A stretch of DNA of 49,171 nucleotides from NCBI GenBank assembly GCA_964578555.1, contig CAZODJ010000002.1, forward strand, positions 5,947 to 55,117, in the 5' to 3' direction. Source of the stretch: an uncultured Candidatus Kuenenia sp. GTDB lineage: Bacteria > Planctomycetota > Planctomycetia > Pirellulales > UBA1268. The notes beneath the pieces are model-generated. The model searched no databases, was not told where the DNA came from, and saw only the letters and a list, made by a program, of their open reading frames with translations. Below, piece after piece: positions 1 to 10,227 of the stretch; positions within the stretch are counted from its first letter, which is position 1, and each line of letters begins with the position of its first letter. Made by a program: the position numbers and the translations under genes.

Positions 1-53
1 ACCGGAGGTCGGTCAAGAAAATGCGGGCCATGGATGGCCGCATTTTCGTATGG

Positions 54-1157
54 TTAGAAGTCGTACCACATCCCGATCCCCGCCCGGTTCTGGTTGCGGG
101 GCGTGAAGGCAAATTGCGGGTCGGCTCCATACAGATACTCGAAGCCGATGCGATAGAGCTTCTCGCTTCGCCGGCCCCGCCAGGCCCAGCCAGTCTGCAC
201 GCAGACGTTGCCGCCCCAGTCGAGCTCTTGCCGCGAGATGCCATTCACGGCCAGGAACGGTGCTCCGTGGATGCCGGTTGGACGGGCTTGGATGAGCTCG
301 GTGCCAAACTGGAATTCCCACGGGTCCGACCCGCCGTCGTTGAAGAACGACCAGCCGACCTCACCGTAGATCCGCAACCAATCCCACGGATAGAACGAGT
401 TGCCCCACACGATCACGTCGCGGACATAGTTGAGCCGCGGAAAGGCATCGGGGTGCTTGATGAGAAACTCGTCGCCCAGGTGAGCGCTGTTGTGGTAGTA
501 CGCAAGCTTCGTCTGCCAGCGGCCGATGCCGTAGACCAGCGGCACACCAAACCGGTAGTCGCCACTGCGGAAGTCGCGATCATCCGAGGGATCGAGCCGC
601 ACGAAGGCCGCTCCTTCGATCTGTACCTCGAACCCCTGAGGGTGCACGACCGTGTCGGAGCCGTACCGCAGAATCGACGCCCGGCCACCGAGCGTGGTGT
701 CCCAGAGCCAGCCCTCCTGCTCCGCAGGATTGATCACGTCGGATGCGGTGTCGTCGTACCAGACGCTGCCAATCCGCGGCTCCTTCGGGCCAGCGAGATA
801 ACTCGTATAGATGAGGTTGTTGGGCAGCAACTGCCAGAACCAAGGCCGCGGCGCCCAAAGGTCGGCGAAGCCCTCGGGAAAGCCGGCGCTGGGGACGAGT
901 TCAAAGTCGTCGGTCGGAGGCATCTCCTCGTAGGGCATGTCGAGCACCACCGGCCCGTCGGGGCGAACAGGCGGGGGTAGGTTTTGCAGATCTGGGGCAT
1001 CGCTCCGTGGCGGCGGGATATCCAGAGGCGACTGCGCAACCGCCACCGATGTCGCGGCAGCCACAAGGGCCGTCACCAGAACGACACGAGACACGGCGGT
1101 GCAAAGCATGAGGCGTAAACCGGCAATGAACCGCGAGTTGCGAATTGCTGCAAACAC
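54..1157 (-). CDS. Secreted hypothetical protein, probable outer-membrane beta-barrel
   Basis: 367-aa ORF with a signal-like N-terminus (LMLCTAVSRVVLVTALVAAATSVAVAQ), an aromatic/Gly-rich body and a C-terminus ...GIGMWYDF ending in Phe, as in OM barrels. The overlapping + strand 319-aa ORF reads like GC-driven antisense. No family assigned. The start could be the internal Met at 1109. Confidence 0.6.
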   Translation of the reverse strand: MFAAIRNSRFIAGLRLMLCTAVSRVVLVTALVAAATSVAVAQSPLDIPPPRSDAPDLQNLPPPVRPDGPVVLDMPYEEMPPTDDFELVPSAGFPEGFADLWAPRPWFWQLLPNNLIYTSYLAGPKEPRIGSVWYDDTASDVINPAEQEGWLWDTTLGGRASILRYGSDTVVHPQGFEVQIEGAAFVRLDPSDDRDFRSGDYRFGVPLVYGIGRWQTKLAYYHNSAHLGDEFLIKHPDAFPRLNYVRDVIVWGNSFYPWDWLRIYGEVGWSFFNDGGSDPWEFQFGTELIQARPTGIHGAPFLAVNGISRQELDWGGNVCVQTGWAWRGRRSEKLYRIGFEYLYGADPQFAFTPRNQNRAGIGMWYDF

Positions 1158-1328
1158 TGCGACACTCTACGCAGTTGACGTCACGAATCCACAGGAAGAT
1201 CGGCATCCACCAGGCGATTTCGCGAGCCGCCGTAGCGCAGCATCGGCGTTCTCTGGATCGTGGCAGTCTTGGCAAGCTGGCACTCTCTCCGTTTTTCCAC
1301 GCCTTCGCTTCTTGGCACTTTCACGACC

Positions 1329-1868
1329 ATGACGCATCCTCGCAACGCGACCACGACGCCTACCCAGCCTGCCCCGGTTCCGCCAGCAGGAGCCGATGAT
1401 GGCGTGGCGACCGCCCTCGCCCATATTCCCAGCGGGCTCTTCATCGTGACCTGGCGGGATGACGGTGGCGACCGCAGCATGCTCGCGAGCTGGGTGATGC
1501 AAGCCGGCTTCTCGCCTCCGGCGGTCACCGTTGCCGTGGCACCCGGCCGGGATCTGCTCGCGGCGATCGACGGTGGACTCCCGTTCGTGATCAACATTCT
1601 TGGCGACTCGCAGCGATCGCTCCTGGCGCGGTTCGGTCGGCCGGCGACAGTGGGAGAGGCTCCCTTTGCCGACCTTGTCATGCAGCGAGCCGCAGGGAAT
1701 GCACCGGTGCTTGGCGGATCCGCCGGCTGGCTGGAGTGCCGTGCCGTGGGGCGTGCCGAGGGTGACACCAACGATCATGTCGTGGTGCTTGCCACGGTGA
1801 CCGCAGCAGGAACCGGCGGTGCCGAACAGCCCCTCGTGCATCTTCGCAAAAATGGTTTACGATACTGA
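1329..1868 (+). CDS. Flavin reductase-like FMN-binding domain protein
   Basis: The translation LAHIPSGLFIVTW...SMLASWVMQAGFSPPAVTVAV...FVINILG...LARFG...GAPVL is typical of the flavin reductase domain family. The ATG at 1329 is preferred over the GTG at 1260; the start is uncertain. Confidence 0.7.
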   Translation: MTHPRNATTTPTQPAPVPPAGADDGVATALAHIPSGLFIVTWRDDGGDRSMLASWVMQAGFSPPAVTVAVAPGRDLLAAIDGGLPFVINILGDSQRSLLARFGRPATVGEAPFADLVMQRAAGNAPVLGGSAGWLECRAVGRAEGDTNDHVVVLATVTAAGTGGAEQPLVHLRKNGLRY

Positions 1869-1899
1869 ATTCTTGAGTTTCTAAAGGGGCTTTTCGAAC

Positions 1900-3012
1900 A
1901 TGCGTTCTCTGCTTTTCGTGGTGGCCTGTGCTTCCGTGCTGGCTTCCGCCTGTGGTCGACAGTCGGCAGCGCCGGAAAAGCCTGCGGCCAGTGCCGCCAG
2001 TTCCGGACTGAAGCGGCTGATCTTCATCACCAACGGCGATGACCCGTTCTGGCACGCCTGCAACGCCGGCCTGCTCGAGGGCGCGAAGCGGGTCGATCTC
2101 GAGTCGCACGGCCTCACGGTCGTGATGGAGAAAAACAATGGCACTGCGCAGGGCCAGATCGAGAAGCTCCGCCAGTTGGCCAGCCAAGCGGACGTGGCCG
2201 GCGTCGCCATCTCGGTGATCCAGGCGGAAAACGCCGCCATCGTCGAGGAGATGAAAAACCTCGCCGCCAAAGGGGTGAAGGTGATCACTGTCGACGGCGA
2301 CGTAAACCGCAGCCTCTTTCCCGACGCCCGTCCGTATTACATCGGTACCGACAACGTCGTCGGTGGCCGCCTGCTCGGCCGTGCGGCCAAGAAACTTCTC
2401 GAGAGCAGGGGGAAGACGTCCGGGGGCTACGTGCAATTCGCCGGCTTCACCGATAACGACAATGCCCGCAAGCGGATGGACGGCTTTCAGGAGGCTTCCG
2501 GCTCCGGGTTCAAGGAACTCGACCGCATGCCCGACGAAATGGATCTCTCGAAGGCCCGCACCAACGTCCGCACGGCACTGGTCAATCATCCCGACCTCGT
2601 CGCGCTGGTCGGCATCTGGGCCTACAACGCTCCTGCGATCGCCGAGGTCACGGAGGAGCGGTCGGTTCGCGATCAGGTCACGGTCGTCACGTTCGACGCC
2701 CAGGCGGCGGCCCTCCAGCACATGGCCGACGGCCGGATCGACGCCATGGTGGTTCAAAACCCGTTCGAGATGGGAATCCTCACCGTCAGACTGCTGCTGG
2801 CCATGCACGCCGGCGATGAGGCGACGATCAAGGACCTGTTTCCACGAACAGGTGAGCCTGATGGCGACATCCATACCACAGGCCTGCGACTGATCGCGCC
2901 CGATGAGGGCTCACCGCTCGAGGCCACGGACTTCGAGGCCGAGGGCATCGAGTTTTATCCGCTGTCGAAGTTCCGGGCCTGGCTCGACACCTACGGCCTG
3001 TCGAGCTCCTGA
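1900..3012 (+). CDS. Sugar ABC transporter substrate-binding lipoprotein (ribose/RbsB-like periplasmic binding fold)
   Basis: Lipoprotein-type signal MRSLLFVVACASVLASAC. The body resembles type-I periplasmic sugar-binding proteins (ITNGDDPFW, VITVDGDV, YIGTDN, GIWAYNAP). It is first in a three-gene ABC operon. Confidence 0.8.
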   Translation: MRSLLFVVACASVLASACGRQSAAPEKPAASAASSGLKRLIFITNGDDPFWHACNAGLLEGAKRVDLESHGLTVVMEKNNGTAQGQIEKLRQLASQADVAGVAISVIQAENAAIVEEMKNLAAKGVKVITVDGDVNRSLFPDARPYYIGTDNVVGGRLLGRAAKKLLESRGKTSGGYVQFAGFTDNDNARKRMDGFQEASGSGFKELDRMPDEMDLSKARTNVRTALVNHPDLVALVGIWAYNAPAIAEVTEERSVRDQVTVVTFDAQAAALQHMADGRIDAMVVQNPFEMGILTVRLLLAMHAGDEATIKDLFPRTGEPDGDIHTTGLRLIAPDEGSPLEATDFEAEGIEFYPLSKFRAWLDTYGLSSS

Positions 3013-3022
3013 GGATTTCGGC

Positions 3023-4261
3023 ATGCCGCACACGGACGCGACATCCCCCCCGCCCGCCGGCACCGGCCGCGGTTTTTTCTTGCGGCCGGCCGAATGGGCG
3101 TTGGTGCTGGCGATCGTTTTGGCAGTCGTGCTGACGGCCCTTGTCGACGCCAACCACAGCTACTGGTTCCAGCCCTATGCCAGCCTCCGCGACATCGCCC
3201 GCAACACGGCGCTCTTGGGCATCTTCGCGCTCGGGGCCACCGTCGTGATCATCGCCGGTGGCATCGACCTGTCGTCGGGTTCGATGATCGCCCTGTCAGG
3301 CACCGTCTGTGCCGCCACCATGCTGCTGATTTCTCCAGCGGCGATGATCGGGTTCAAGCCGGCCGGCCCGGTGGCCGTCACGTTCGGCTGCCTCGCCGCC
3401 CTGGCCTCGGGCTTCCTGGTGGGTACGCTCCATGCATGGCTCATTACGGCAATCCGCCTGCCCCCCTTCATTGCCACGCTCGCGACGCTCGTCGGCCTGC
3501 GAAGCCTTGCTCGGGCGCTTGCCGAGAGTGCCACGGCCGCGGTCACGCCCTCGAAGAACAATCTCATCAACGTGGCCGATCCGTTCTTCAAGGCGATCCG
3601 TGACAACGTGTGGATTCCGGTCGTGGTGTTCGCAATTCTGGCGGTGCTCACCTGGATCCTGCTCACCCGGACCGTCCTCGGCCGGCATCTCTACGCGCTC
3701 GGTGGCAACGAGGAGGCGGCCAGACTGGCAGGCATCAAGACGGAAAACGTGAAATGGTTCGCCTACTGCTTTGGCGCCATGACGGCGGCCCTGGCCGGCC
3801 TCTTCTACGTCGCCAATGAGTCGGCCGCCTCCCCAACCAACCAGGCCCGTGGCCATGAGCTCAACGCCATCGCCGCGGCGGTGGTGGGCGGCTGCTCGCT
3901 GGCGGGCGGCGCCGGCTCGGTCACGGGCACGGTGCTGGGCACGATCTTCATGCGGGTGGTGATCGATGCCATCTCGAAGATCATCAAGACTGGTGCCGAT
4001 GTCTACGAGGGCATGATCGTGGGCGTGGTGGTGGTCATCGCCGTGACGTTCGCCCAGTTGGGCCAGATGGCCCGTGGCGGGCGACATCTGCTCCCCGGGG
4101 CTCTTGGTCTGTGCATCATTCCCACGCTCGCCCTCCTCGCCGGTGGAGTGGTGGCGATGACCGCCGGCAGCCGTGGTGGTATCGCAGCCGGCATCGCGGC
4201 GTTGGTGCTGCTCGGTGCGCTGAGGGTCTGGGAAGTGCGGCGATCGACGGCGGCCTCGTAA
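3023..4261 (+). CDS. Sugar ABC transporter permease (RbsC/branched-sugar family)
   Basis: Multi-TM protein with GGIDLSSGS, LPPFIATLATL and YALGGNEEAARLAGI motifs typical of ribose-type permeases. The ATG at 3023 is preceded by GAGGA; the upstream part of the 2903 ORF overlaps the binding-protein gene. Confidence 0.85.
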   Translation: MPHTDATSPPPAGTGRGFFLRPAEWALVLAIVLAVVLTALVDANHSYWFQPYASLRDIARNTALLGIFALGATVVIIAGGIDLSSGSMIALSGTVCAATMLLISPAAMIGFKPAGPVAVTFGCLAALASGFLVGTLHAWLITAIRLPPFIATLATLVGLRSLARALAESATAAVTPSKNNLINVADPFFKAIRDNVWIPVVVFAILAVLTWILLTRTVLGRHLYALGGNEEAARLAGIKTENVKWFAYCFGAMTAALAGLFYVANESAASPTNQARGHELNAIAAAVVGGCSLAGGAGSVTGTVLGTIFMRVVIDAISKIIKTGADVYEGMIVGVVVVIAVTFAQLGQMARGGRHLLPGALGLCIIPTLALLAGGVVAMTAGSRGGIAAGIAALVLLGALRVWEVRRSTAAS

Positions 4262-4275
4262 GCAGGAACCAGCCG

Positions 4276-5793
4276 ATGAGCCATGCTGGTCCAACCGCCG
4301 TCACCATGCGGGGCATCACGAAGCGGTTCCCTGGCGTCGTGGCCCTCGACGACGTCTCGCTCGCGGTCGGCCGCGGAGAAATCCATGCCATCTGTGGTGA
4401 GAACGGTGCTGGCAAAAGCACGCTGATGAAGATTCTGTCGGGCGTCTATCGGCCCGACGACGGTGTGCTGGAGATCACCGGCGTGCCGCGGCGGTTTGCC
4501 GGCACCCGCGAGGCGGAAGCAGCAGGAGTGGCCATCATCCATCAGGAGCTCAACCTCGTCGAGGAGCTCACGGTCGCCGCCAACATCTTTCTGGGCCGTG
4601 AGCGACAAACGCGTCTCGGACTCCTCGATGACCGTCGCATGACGACGGAGGCAGCCCGGCTGCTCGAGTCTTTGGACTGCCCTGTCTCACCTTTGGCGAC
4701 AGCCGGCAGCCTTCGCGTGGGTGACCAGCAGCTGGTCGAGATTGCCAAGGCGCTCTCGCTCGAGGCGTCGATCGTGGTCATGGATGAGCCAACCAGCGCT
4801 CTGACCGAGGCGGAGTCGGCCCGACTCGAGCGGACGATCCTCCGGCTCCGTGACCAGGGCACCACGATCCTCTACATCTCGCACAAGATGGACGAGGTCT
4901 TCCGGCTCGCCGACCGGATCACCGTGCTTCGCGACGGTCGCCATATCCGTACGGTCGACCGCTCAGCCACGACGCCGCGCGAGATCACTGGCTGGATGGT
5001 GGGCCGGGAGATCGAGGGACACGAGTTCCACCACCACCGCTCCCGTGGCGACACGGTGCTCGAGGTCCGCGGCCTCACGCTTCCTTGGCCCGATCATCCC
5101 CGGGGCTACCGGCTGAAAGACATCTCGTTCGAACTTCATGCCGGCGAGATCCTCGGCGTGGCTGGCCTGATGGGAGCGGGCCGCACGGAACTCTTGGAGA
5201 CGCTGTTTGGCGCGGCAGAGCCGACCTGGAGCGGCACGATCCTGCTCGACGGACGTCCGGTGCGGTTTCGGCACCCCCGGGAGGCCTGTGCGGCGGGCGT
5301 CGGCATGGTGACGGAAGACCGCAAGCGGCTCGGCCTCTTTCCTGATCTCGATGTGGCCGCCAACGTCAGCCTCTGCAGCCTCCGGGAGGCGGCCCGCGGT
5401 TGCCTCGTCAGTCGAGCGCGTGAGGAGGCGCTCGTGGCCGGTCCAGTGGCCGCAACAGGCGTGAAGACGCCGGGCGTGCATGCCTCGATCATGGGACTTT
5501 CCGGGGGCAATCAGCAGAAGTGCATCATCAGCCGCTGGCTCCTCACCAAGCCGCGAATCCTTCTCTTGGACGACCCCACCCGCGGGATCGACGTCGGCGC
5601 CAAGGCGGAGCTCTACACGCTCATCGACCGGCTTTGCCGGGAGGGCCTCGCGGTCATCCTCACGTCGAGCGAGCTGCCCGAGCTGCTCACGCTCGCTGAT
5701 CGGATCATCGTGCTCGCCGAGGGCCGGCTCACGGCCGAATTTCCCCGAGCCGAGGCAACGGAACAAAAGATCGTCGAAGCGGCGACGATGTAG
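4276..5793 (+). CDS. Sugar ABC transporter ATP-binding protein, duplicated ATPase (RbsA-like)
   Basis: Walker A GENGAGKST; signature LRVGDQQLVEIAKAL and second signature LSGGNQQK; Walker B VVMDEPT and LLLDDPT. Two nucleotide-binding domains in one chain. The ATG at 4276 follows AGGAA. Confidence 0.9.
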   Translation: MSHAGPTAVTMRGITKRFPGVVALDDVSLAVGRGEIHAICGENGAGKSTLMKILSGVYRPDDGVLEITGVPRRFAGTREAEAAGVAIIHQELNLVEELTVAANIFLGRERQTRLGLLDDRRMTTEAARLLESLDCPVSPLATAGSLRVGDQQLVEIAKALSLEASIVVMDEPTSALTEAESARLERTILRLRDQGTTILYISHKMDEVFRLADRITVLRDGRHIRTVDRSATTPREITGWMVGREIEGHEFHHHRSRGDTVLEVRGLTLPWPDHPRGYRLKDISFELHAGEILGVAGLMGAGRTELLETLFGAAEPTWSGTILLDGRPVRFRHPREACAAGVGMVTEDRKRLGLFPDLDVAANVSLCSLREAARGCLVSRAREEALVAGPVAATGVKTPGVHASIMGLSGGNQQKCIISRWLLTKPRILLLDDPTRGIDVGAKAELYTLIDRLCREGLAVILTSSELPELLTLADRIIVLAEGRLTAEFPRAEATEQKIVEAATM

Positions 5794-5840
5794 CCAGACC
5801 CGCCGGCCTCCATCCGGAAGGGGGCATCGCCTGCAGTCTG

Positions 5841-6899
5841 TCACTGGCCCACGTATCGCGCCACGATCGCGCGGGCCTTGGCTTCTTCGCGGGTGCCGGT
5901 CACGATCACGCGGCCGTCGGCAAACACCGAAAGCTGGACCCCCGGCTCCACATCCAAGCGCACGAGCCACGGATTGGCCGTGACCCGCCCCACGCCCCGC
6001 AGCCGTTCGGCGAGCGAAGTCAGATCAATCTCGCCGGCCCCGGCCGGAGCCACCTGCACGGCATCGCGGCCACAGAGGGCTGTCGGTGTGCCACCGCGCC
6101 GACCCTCGAGCCACGGGAAATCCGCCAGTCGACAGGTTGGACAGCCGTTCTCGGCCAGTGGCGAGAGGTCGATCTGTCGCCACGAACCTTCCCAGAGGTC
6201 GCAGGCCAGCAAGGCGTTGCCCACATCGGGCACACCGACCAGCAGCTTCATGGCTTCGGCCGCCTGCACCGCCCCGACGACCAGTGCCGCCGGGCCGATG
6301 ATTCCGGCCGACTCGCAGGTGGGCAGCGATCCGGCAGCTGGTGGATCGGGGATCAGGCAGCGTAGGCAGGCGGTGATGCCGGGCCGCACCGCGAGCACCC
6401 GCCCCTCGGCACCGATCGCCCCGCCGTGTACCCAGGGAATCCGATCGCGGCAGCACACCTCGTTGATGAGAAACCGTGTCTCGAAGTTGTCCGTGCCGTC
6501 GACGATACAGTCGACGCCGCCCAGCAGCCGACCGGCATTCCGCGACGACACGTCGGCCACGGCGACTTCGATCTCGAGCTCGCTGTTGATGCGTTCGAGC
6601 TGCCGCTTCGCCGCCACAGCCTTGGGCAATCCGTCACGGAGATCCTGCTCGTCGAAGAGCACCTGCCGTGGCAGGTTGCTGATCTCCGGAAGGTCACGAT
6701 CAATGAGCCGCAGCATCCCCACGCCCGCCCGCGCCAGTGCCAGCGCGGAAACACTCCCCAGCGCCCCGCACCCGACGATCGCCACCCGACTCTTCGCGAG
6801 CCTCTCCTGGCCCGCTTCCCCGAGCGGCCCAAACCGTACCTGCCGTGAATACCGCGCCGCGTCAAAAGCCATAGAGACAATGCCTAACGGGAAGCCCAC
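5841..6899 (-). CDS. ThiF/MoeB-family E1-like adenylyltransferase (long, Bacillus-type form)
   Basis: YSRQVRFGPLGEAGQERL, Rossmann motif VAIVGCGALGS, and two CxxC pairs (CLRC, CPTC). The C-terminal extension ends ...FADGRVIVTGT..AKA..ARYVG. GTG start at 6897-6899. Confidence 0.85.
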   Translation of the reverse strand: MGFPLGIVSMAFDAARYSRQVRFGPLGEAGQERLAKSRVAIVGCGALGSVSALALARAGVGMLRLIDRDLPEISNLPRQVLFDEQDLRDGLPKAVAAKRQLERINSELEIEVAVADVSSRNAGRLLGGVDCIVDGTDNFETRFLINEVCCRDRIPWVHGGAIGAEGRVLAVRPGITACLRCLIPDPPAAGSLPTCESAGIIGPAALVVGAVQAAEAMKLLVGVPDVGNALLACDLWEGSWRQIDLSPLAENGCPTCRLADFPWLEGRRGGTPTALCGRDAVQVAPAGAGEIDLTSLAERLRGVGRVTANPWLVRLDVEPGVQLSVFADGRVIVTGTREEAKARAIVARYVGQ

Positions 6900-7007
6900 C
6901 CACCGAGCCTGCCGCGCCTAATAACGAAAGGCGAGGGGTCGCCCGTGCCGGAGAGCCGGCGTTGGCAGCGAGCGCAGGCTGGATGCCATCCACCCCAAGG
7001 GGCCGTG

Positions 7008-7916
<909 letters not shown>

Positions 7917-7949
7917 GGCGGGGGAACCTGCTGCAAAAACCACGGATGA

Positions 7950-9176
7950 CTAGCCGCGCGATGCGACTTCGACAATCGCGTCGGCCAGCCTGTCGCAGCC
8001 GTCGCGAACCTCGTCCGGCGTGATCGTCATCGCCGGAAGCAGGCGGATGACGCGTCCCTGCGTGCAGTTGACCAGCAGTTTGCGATCCATGCACGCCTGC
8101 ACCACAGCGGTGCCATCGATCGACAGTTCGACGCCGATCATCATCCCCAACACTCGGACATCGGTGATGGCATCGCAACGCTCCTTGAGGGAGGAGAGCC
8201 GCTCGCGAAAGATATCGGCAGCGGCTGCGACGTGGGCCAGCAGCCCGTCCCGCTCGATCATCTCGATGGCCGCGATGCCGGCGGCGGCGGCCAGCGGGTT
8301 GCCGCCGAACGTGGAGGCATGCATGCCGGGCCGAAGATGCTTGGCCAGATCGACGGTGGTCAGCATGGCCCCGCCGGCGACGCCGGCACAGAGGCTCTTG
8401 GCGAGCGTCATCACGTCGGGCGTGACACCGAAATGCTGGTAGCCAAACCATCTGCCGGTGCGGCCGCAGCCGCACTGCACCTCGTCGAACACAAGCAGCA
8501 GGTCATGCTCGTCGGCGATTCGCCGCAGCCCCTGCAGAAAGCCCTCGGGCGCGGGCACCACGCCCCCTTCGCCAAGGATCGGCTCCACCATGATGCCGCC
8601 GGTGTGCTCATCGATGAGCCGCTCGACGGCGTCGAGGTCGCCGTGCGGCGCGTACTGAAAGCCGGCGACCATCGGCCCGAGGCCCTCGTGGTATTTCGGC
8701 TGGGCGGTGGCCGACACGGCACCCATCGTGCGGCCGTGAAAGCCGCCGGTGAAGGTGATGATCTTGTACCGCTTTCCATCCGAACGCAGGCGAACGAGTT
8801 TGATGGCCGCCTCGTTGGCTTCGGTGCCAGAGTTGCAGAAAAAGGCCTGGCCACCGAATGACCGCTCGGAAAGCATCTGCGCCCACTTTCCCTGCGGCTC
8901 GATATACCACGTGTTGGGCACGTGGATCAGTTTGGCCACCTGCTCCTGCACCGCCCGCACGACGTGCGCGGGGCAGTGCCCCAGCAGATTGCAGCCCCAG
9001 CCAGGAAACAGGTCGAGGTACTCCGCGCCCTCCGCATCCCAGACCCGCGACCCGACACCGCGCTCGAGGCAGACGGGGTAGCGGCGGTAGTTGGGCACGA
9101 CGTAACGGTCGAAGACGTCAATGACTGCCTGCGTCTTCTCGCCGACGAGGGAATGCATCGCATCGATGGTAGCCAC
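7950..9176 (-). CDS. argD: Acetylornithine aminotransferase (class-III PLP aminotransferase)
   Basis: FFCNSGTEANEAAIK, DEVQCGCGRTGRWF and TLAKSL (PLP lysine). It sits between argB and argF. GTG start with GGGAG upstream. Confidence 0.9.
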   Translation of the reverse strand: MATIDAMHSLVGEKTQAVIDVFDRYVVPNYRRYPVCLERGVGSRVWDAEGAEYLDLFPGWGCNLLGHCPAHVVRAVQEQVAKLIHVPNTWYIEPQGKWAQMLSERSFGGQAFFCNSGTEANEAAIKLVRLRSDGKRYKIITFTGGFHGRTMGAVSATAQPKYHEGLGPMVAGFQYAPHGDLDAVERLIDEHTGGIMVEPILGEGGVVPAPEGFLQGLRRIADEHDLLLVFDEVQCGCGRTGRWFGYQHFGVTPDVMTLAKSLCAGVAGGAMLTTVDLAKHLRPGMHASTFGGNPLAAAAGIAAIEMIERDGLLAHVAAAADIFRERLSSLKERCDAITDVRVLGMMIGVELSIDGTAVVQACMDRKLLVNCTQGRVIRLLPAMTITPDEVRDGCDRLADAIVEVASRG

Positions 9177-9205
9177 GGTTGGATACTCCCGGAAAAAGAC
9201 TGCGG

Positions 9206-10162
9206 TTAGCGGGCACCGGCGACGGCTACCGCGCCATTGGAGGCCAATGCCGCGGCATCGTCCCGAACCAGCTCCGTGCCGACGCCGCTGGTGGTGTAGA
9301 TCTCGAGCAGCAACGAGTGTCGGAGCCGTCCGTCGATGATGTGGATCTTCTTCACGCCCTGTTCGAGCGTATGGAGACAGCCCTCGATTTTGGGAATCAT
9401 GCCGGAAGAGATCGTGCCGTCGGCGATGAGTCGTCGGGCCTCACTGGCGGTGAGCGAATGCACGAGGCTCTCCGGGTCGTTCACGTCGCGGAGCACACCG
9501 GGAATGTCGGAGAGCACGACGAGTTTCTCCGCCCCGAGGGCGGCGGCCACGGCGGTGGCGGCCGTGTCGGCATTGACGTTGAGCTTCTCGCCGTCGGGGC
9601 CGAGCGCCATCGAGGGGATGACCGGCACCTGGCCGGCGTAGGTGAGGTTGTCGATCGTGAGCCGGTCGACGCGGGTCACCTCACCCACGTTCCCGAGATC
9701 GATCGGTTCGCCATCCGGCCCTGGGAGCGTGAGTTTCTCGCCGAACAGGACGTTGGTGGAGAGAAAATTCAGCGACATCGCCCTGCCGCCAAACTCCTCT
9801 ATCTTCGCGACGATTTCATGGTTGACTTGTGTGGCCAGCACCTTCTCGACGATGTCAAGCGTGGCCTTGTCGGTATAGCGACGGCCTTGCACGAATCGCG
9901 GCTCGATACCGGCGGCGTCCATGGCCCGGCTGATAGCCTTGCCGCCACCATGAACGACGATGATCCGCATGCCGAGTGTCGACATGAAGACGATGTCGAG
10001 AAGCAGGTGGCGCAGCGACTCCGGATGCTCGACGACGCTGCCGCCGAGTTTGATCACCGTGGTGGTATCACGAAACTTGCGGATCCAGCCGAGAGCCTCG
10101 ATGAGGGTGTCGGCTTTCTGGATCGCCTTCTGCTGCGCTTTGGTGATGGAGGGTGTCGGCAC
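9206..10162 (-). CDS. argB: Acetylglutamate kinase
   Basis: [22 protein letters not shown] and GMIPK motifs of the amino-acid kinase family, ArgB type. First gene of the argB-argD-argF run. Confidence 0.9.
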   Translation of the reverse strand: MPTPSITKAQQKAIQKADTLIEALGWIRKFRDTTTVIKLGGSVVEHPESLRHLLLDIVFMSTLGMRIIVVHGGGKAISRAMDAAGIEPRFVQGRRYTDKATLDIVEKVLATQVNHEIVAKIEEFGGRAMSLNFLSTNVLFGEKLTLPGPDGEPIDLGNVGEVTRVDRLTIDNLTYAGQVPVIPSMALGPDGEKLNVNADTAATAVAAALGAEKLVVLSDIPGVLRDVNDPESLVHSLTASEARRLIADGTISSGMIPKIEGCLHTLEQGVKKIHIIDGRLRHSLLLEIYTTSGVGTELVRDDAAALASNGAVAVAGAR

Positions 10163-10227
10163 GGAGCGGCATGTCCCTGCTGGTGGAAAACCTCAGATTG
10201 TACCAACCGCCGCCGCCCCGCAAACGG

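Noticed and set aside
21-980. 319-aa + strand ORF at the left edge
   Set aside because: It is antisense to the signal-peptide-bearing, barrel-like 367-aa protein. Its translation is Val/Arg/Pro/Asp-rich without motifs.
1176-1183. TGACGTCA palindrome in the divergent region between the first two genes
   Set aside because: It is a single 8-bp palindrome with no partner half-sites, and it may even lie inside the 5' end of the minus-strand ORF. That is insufficient to call a regulator binding site.
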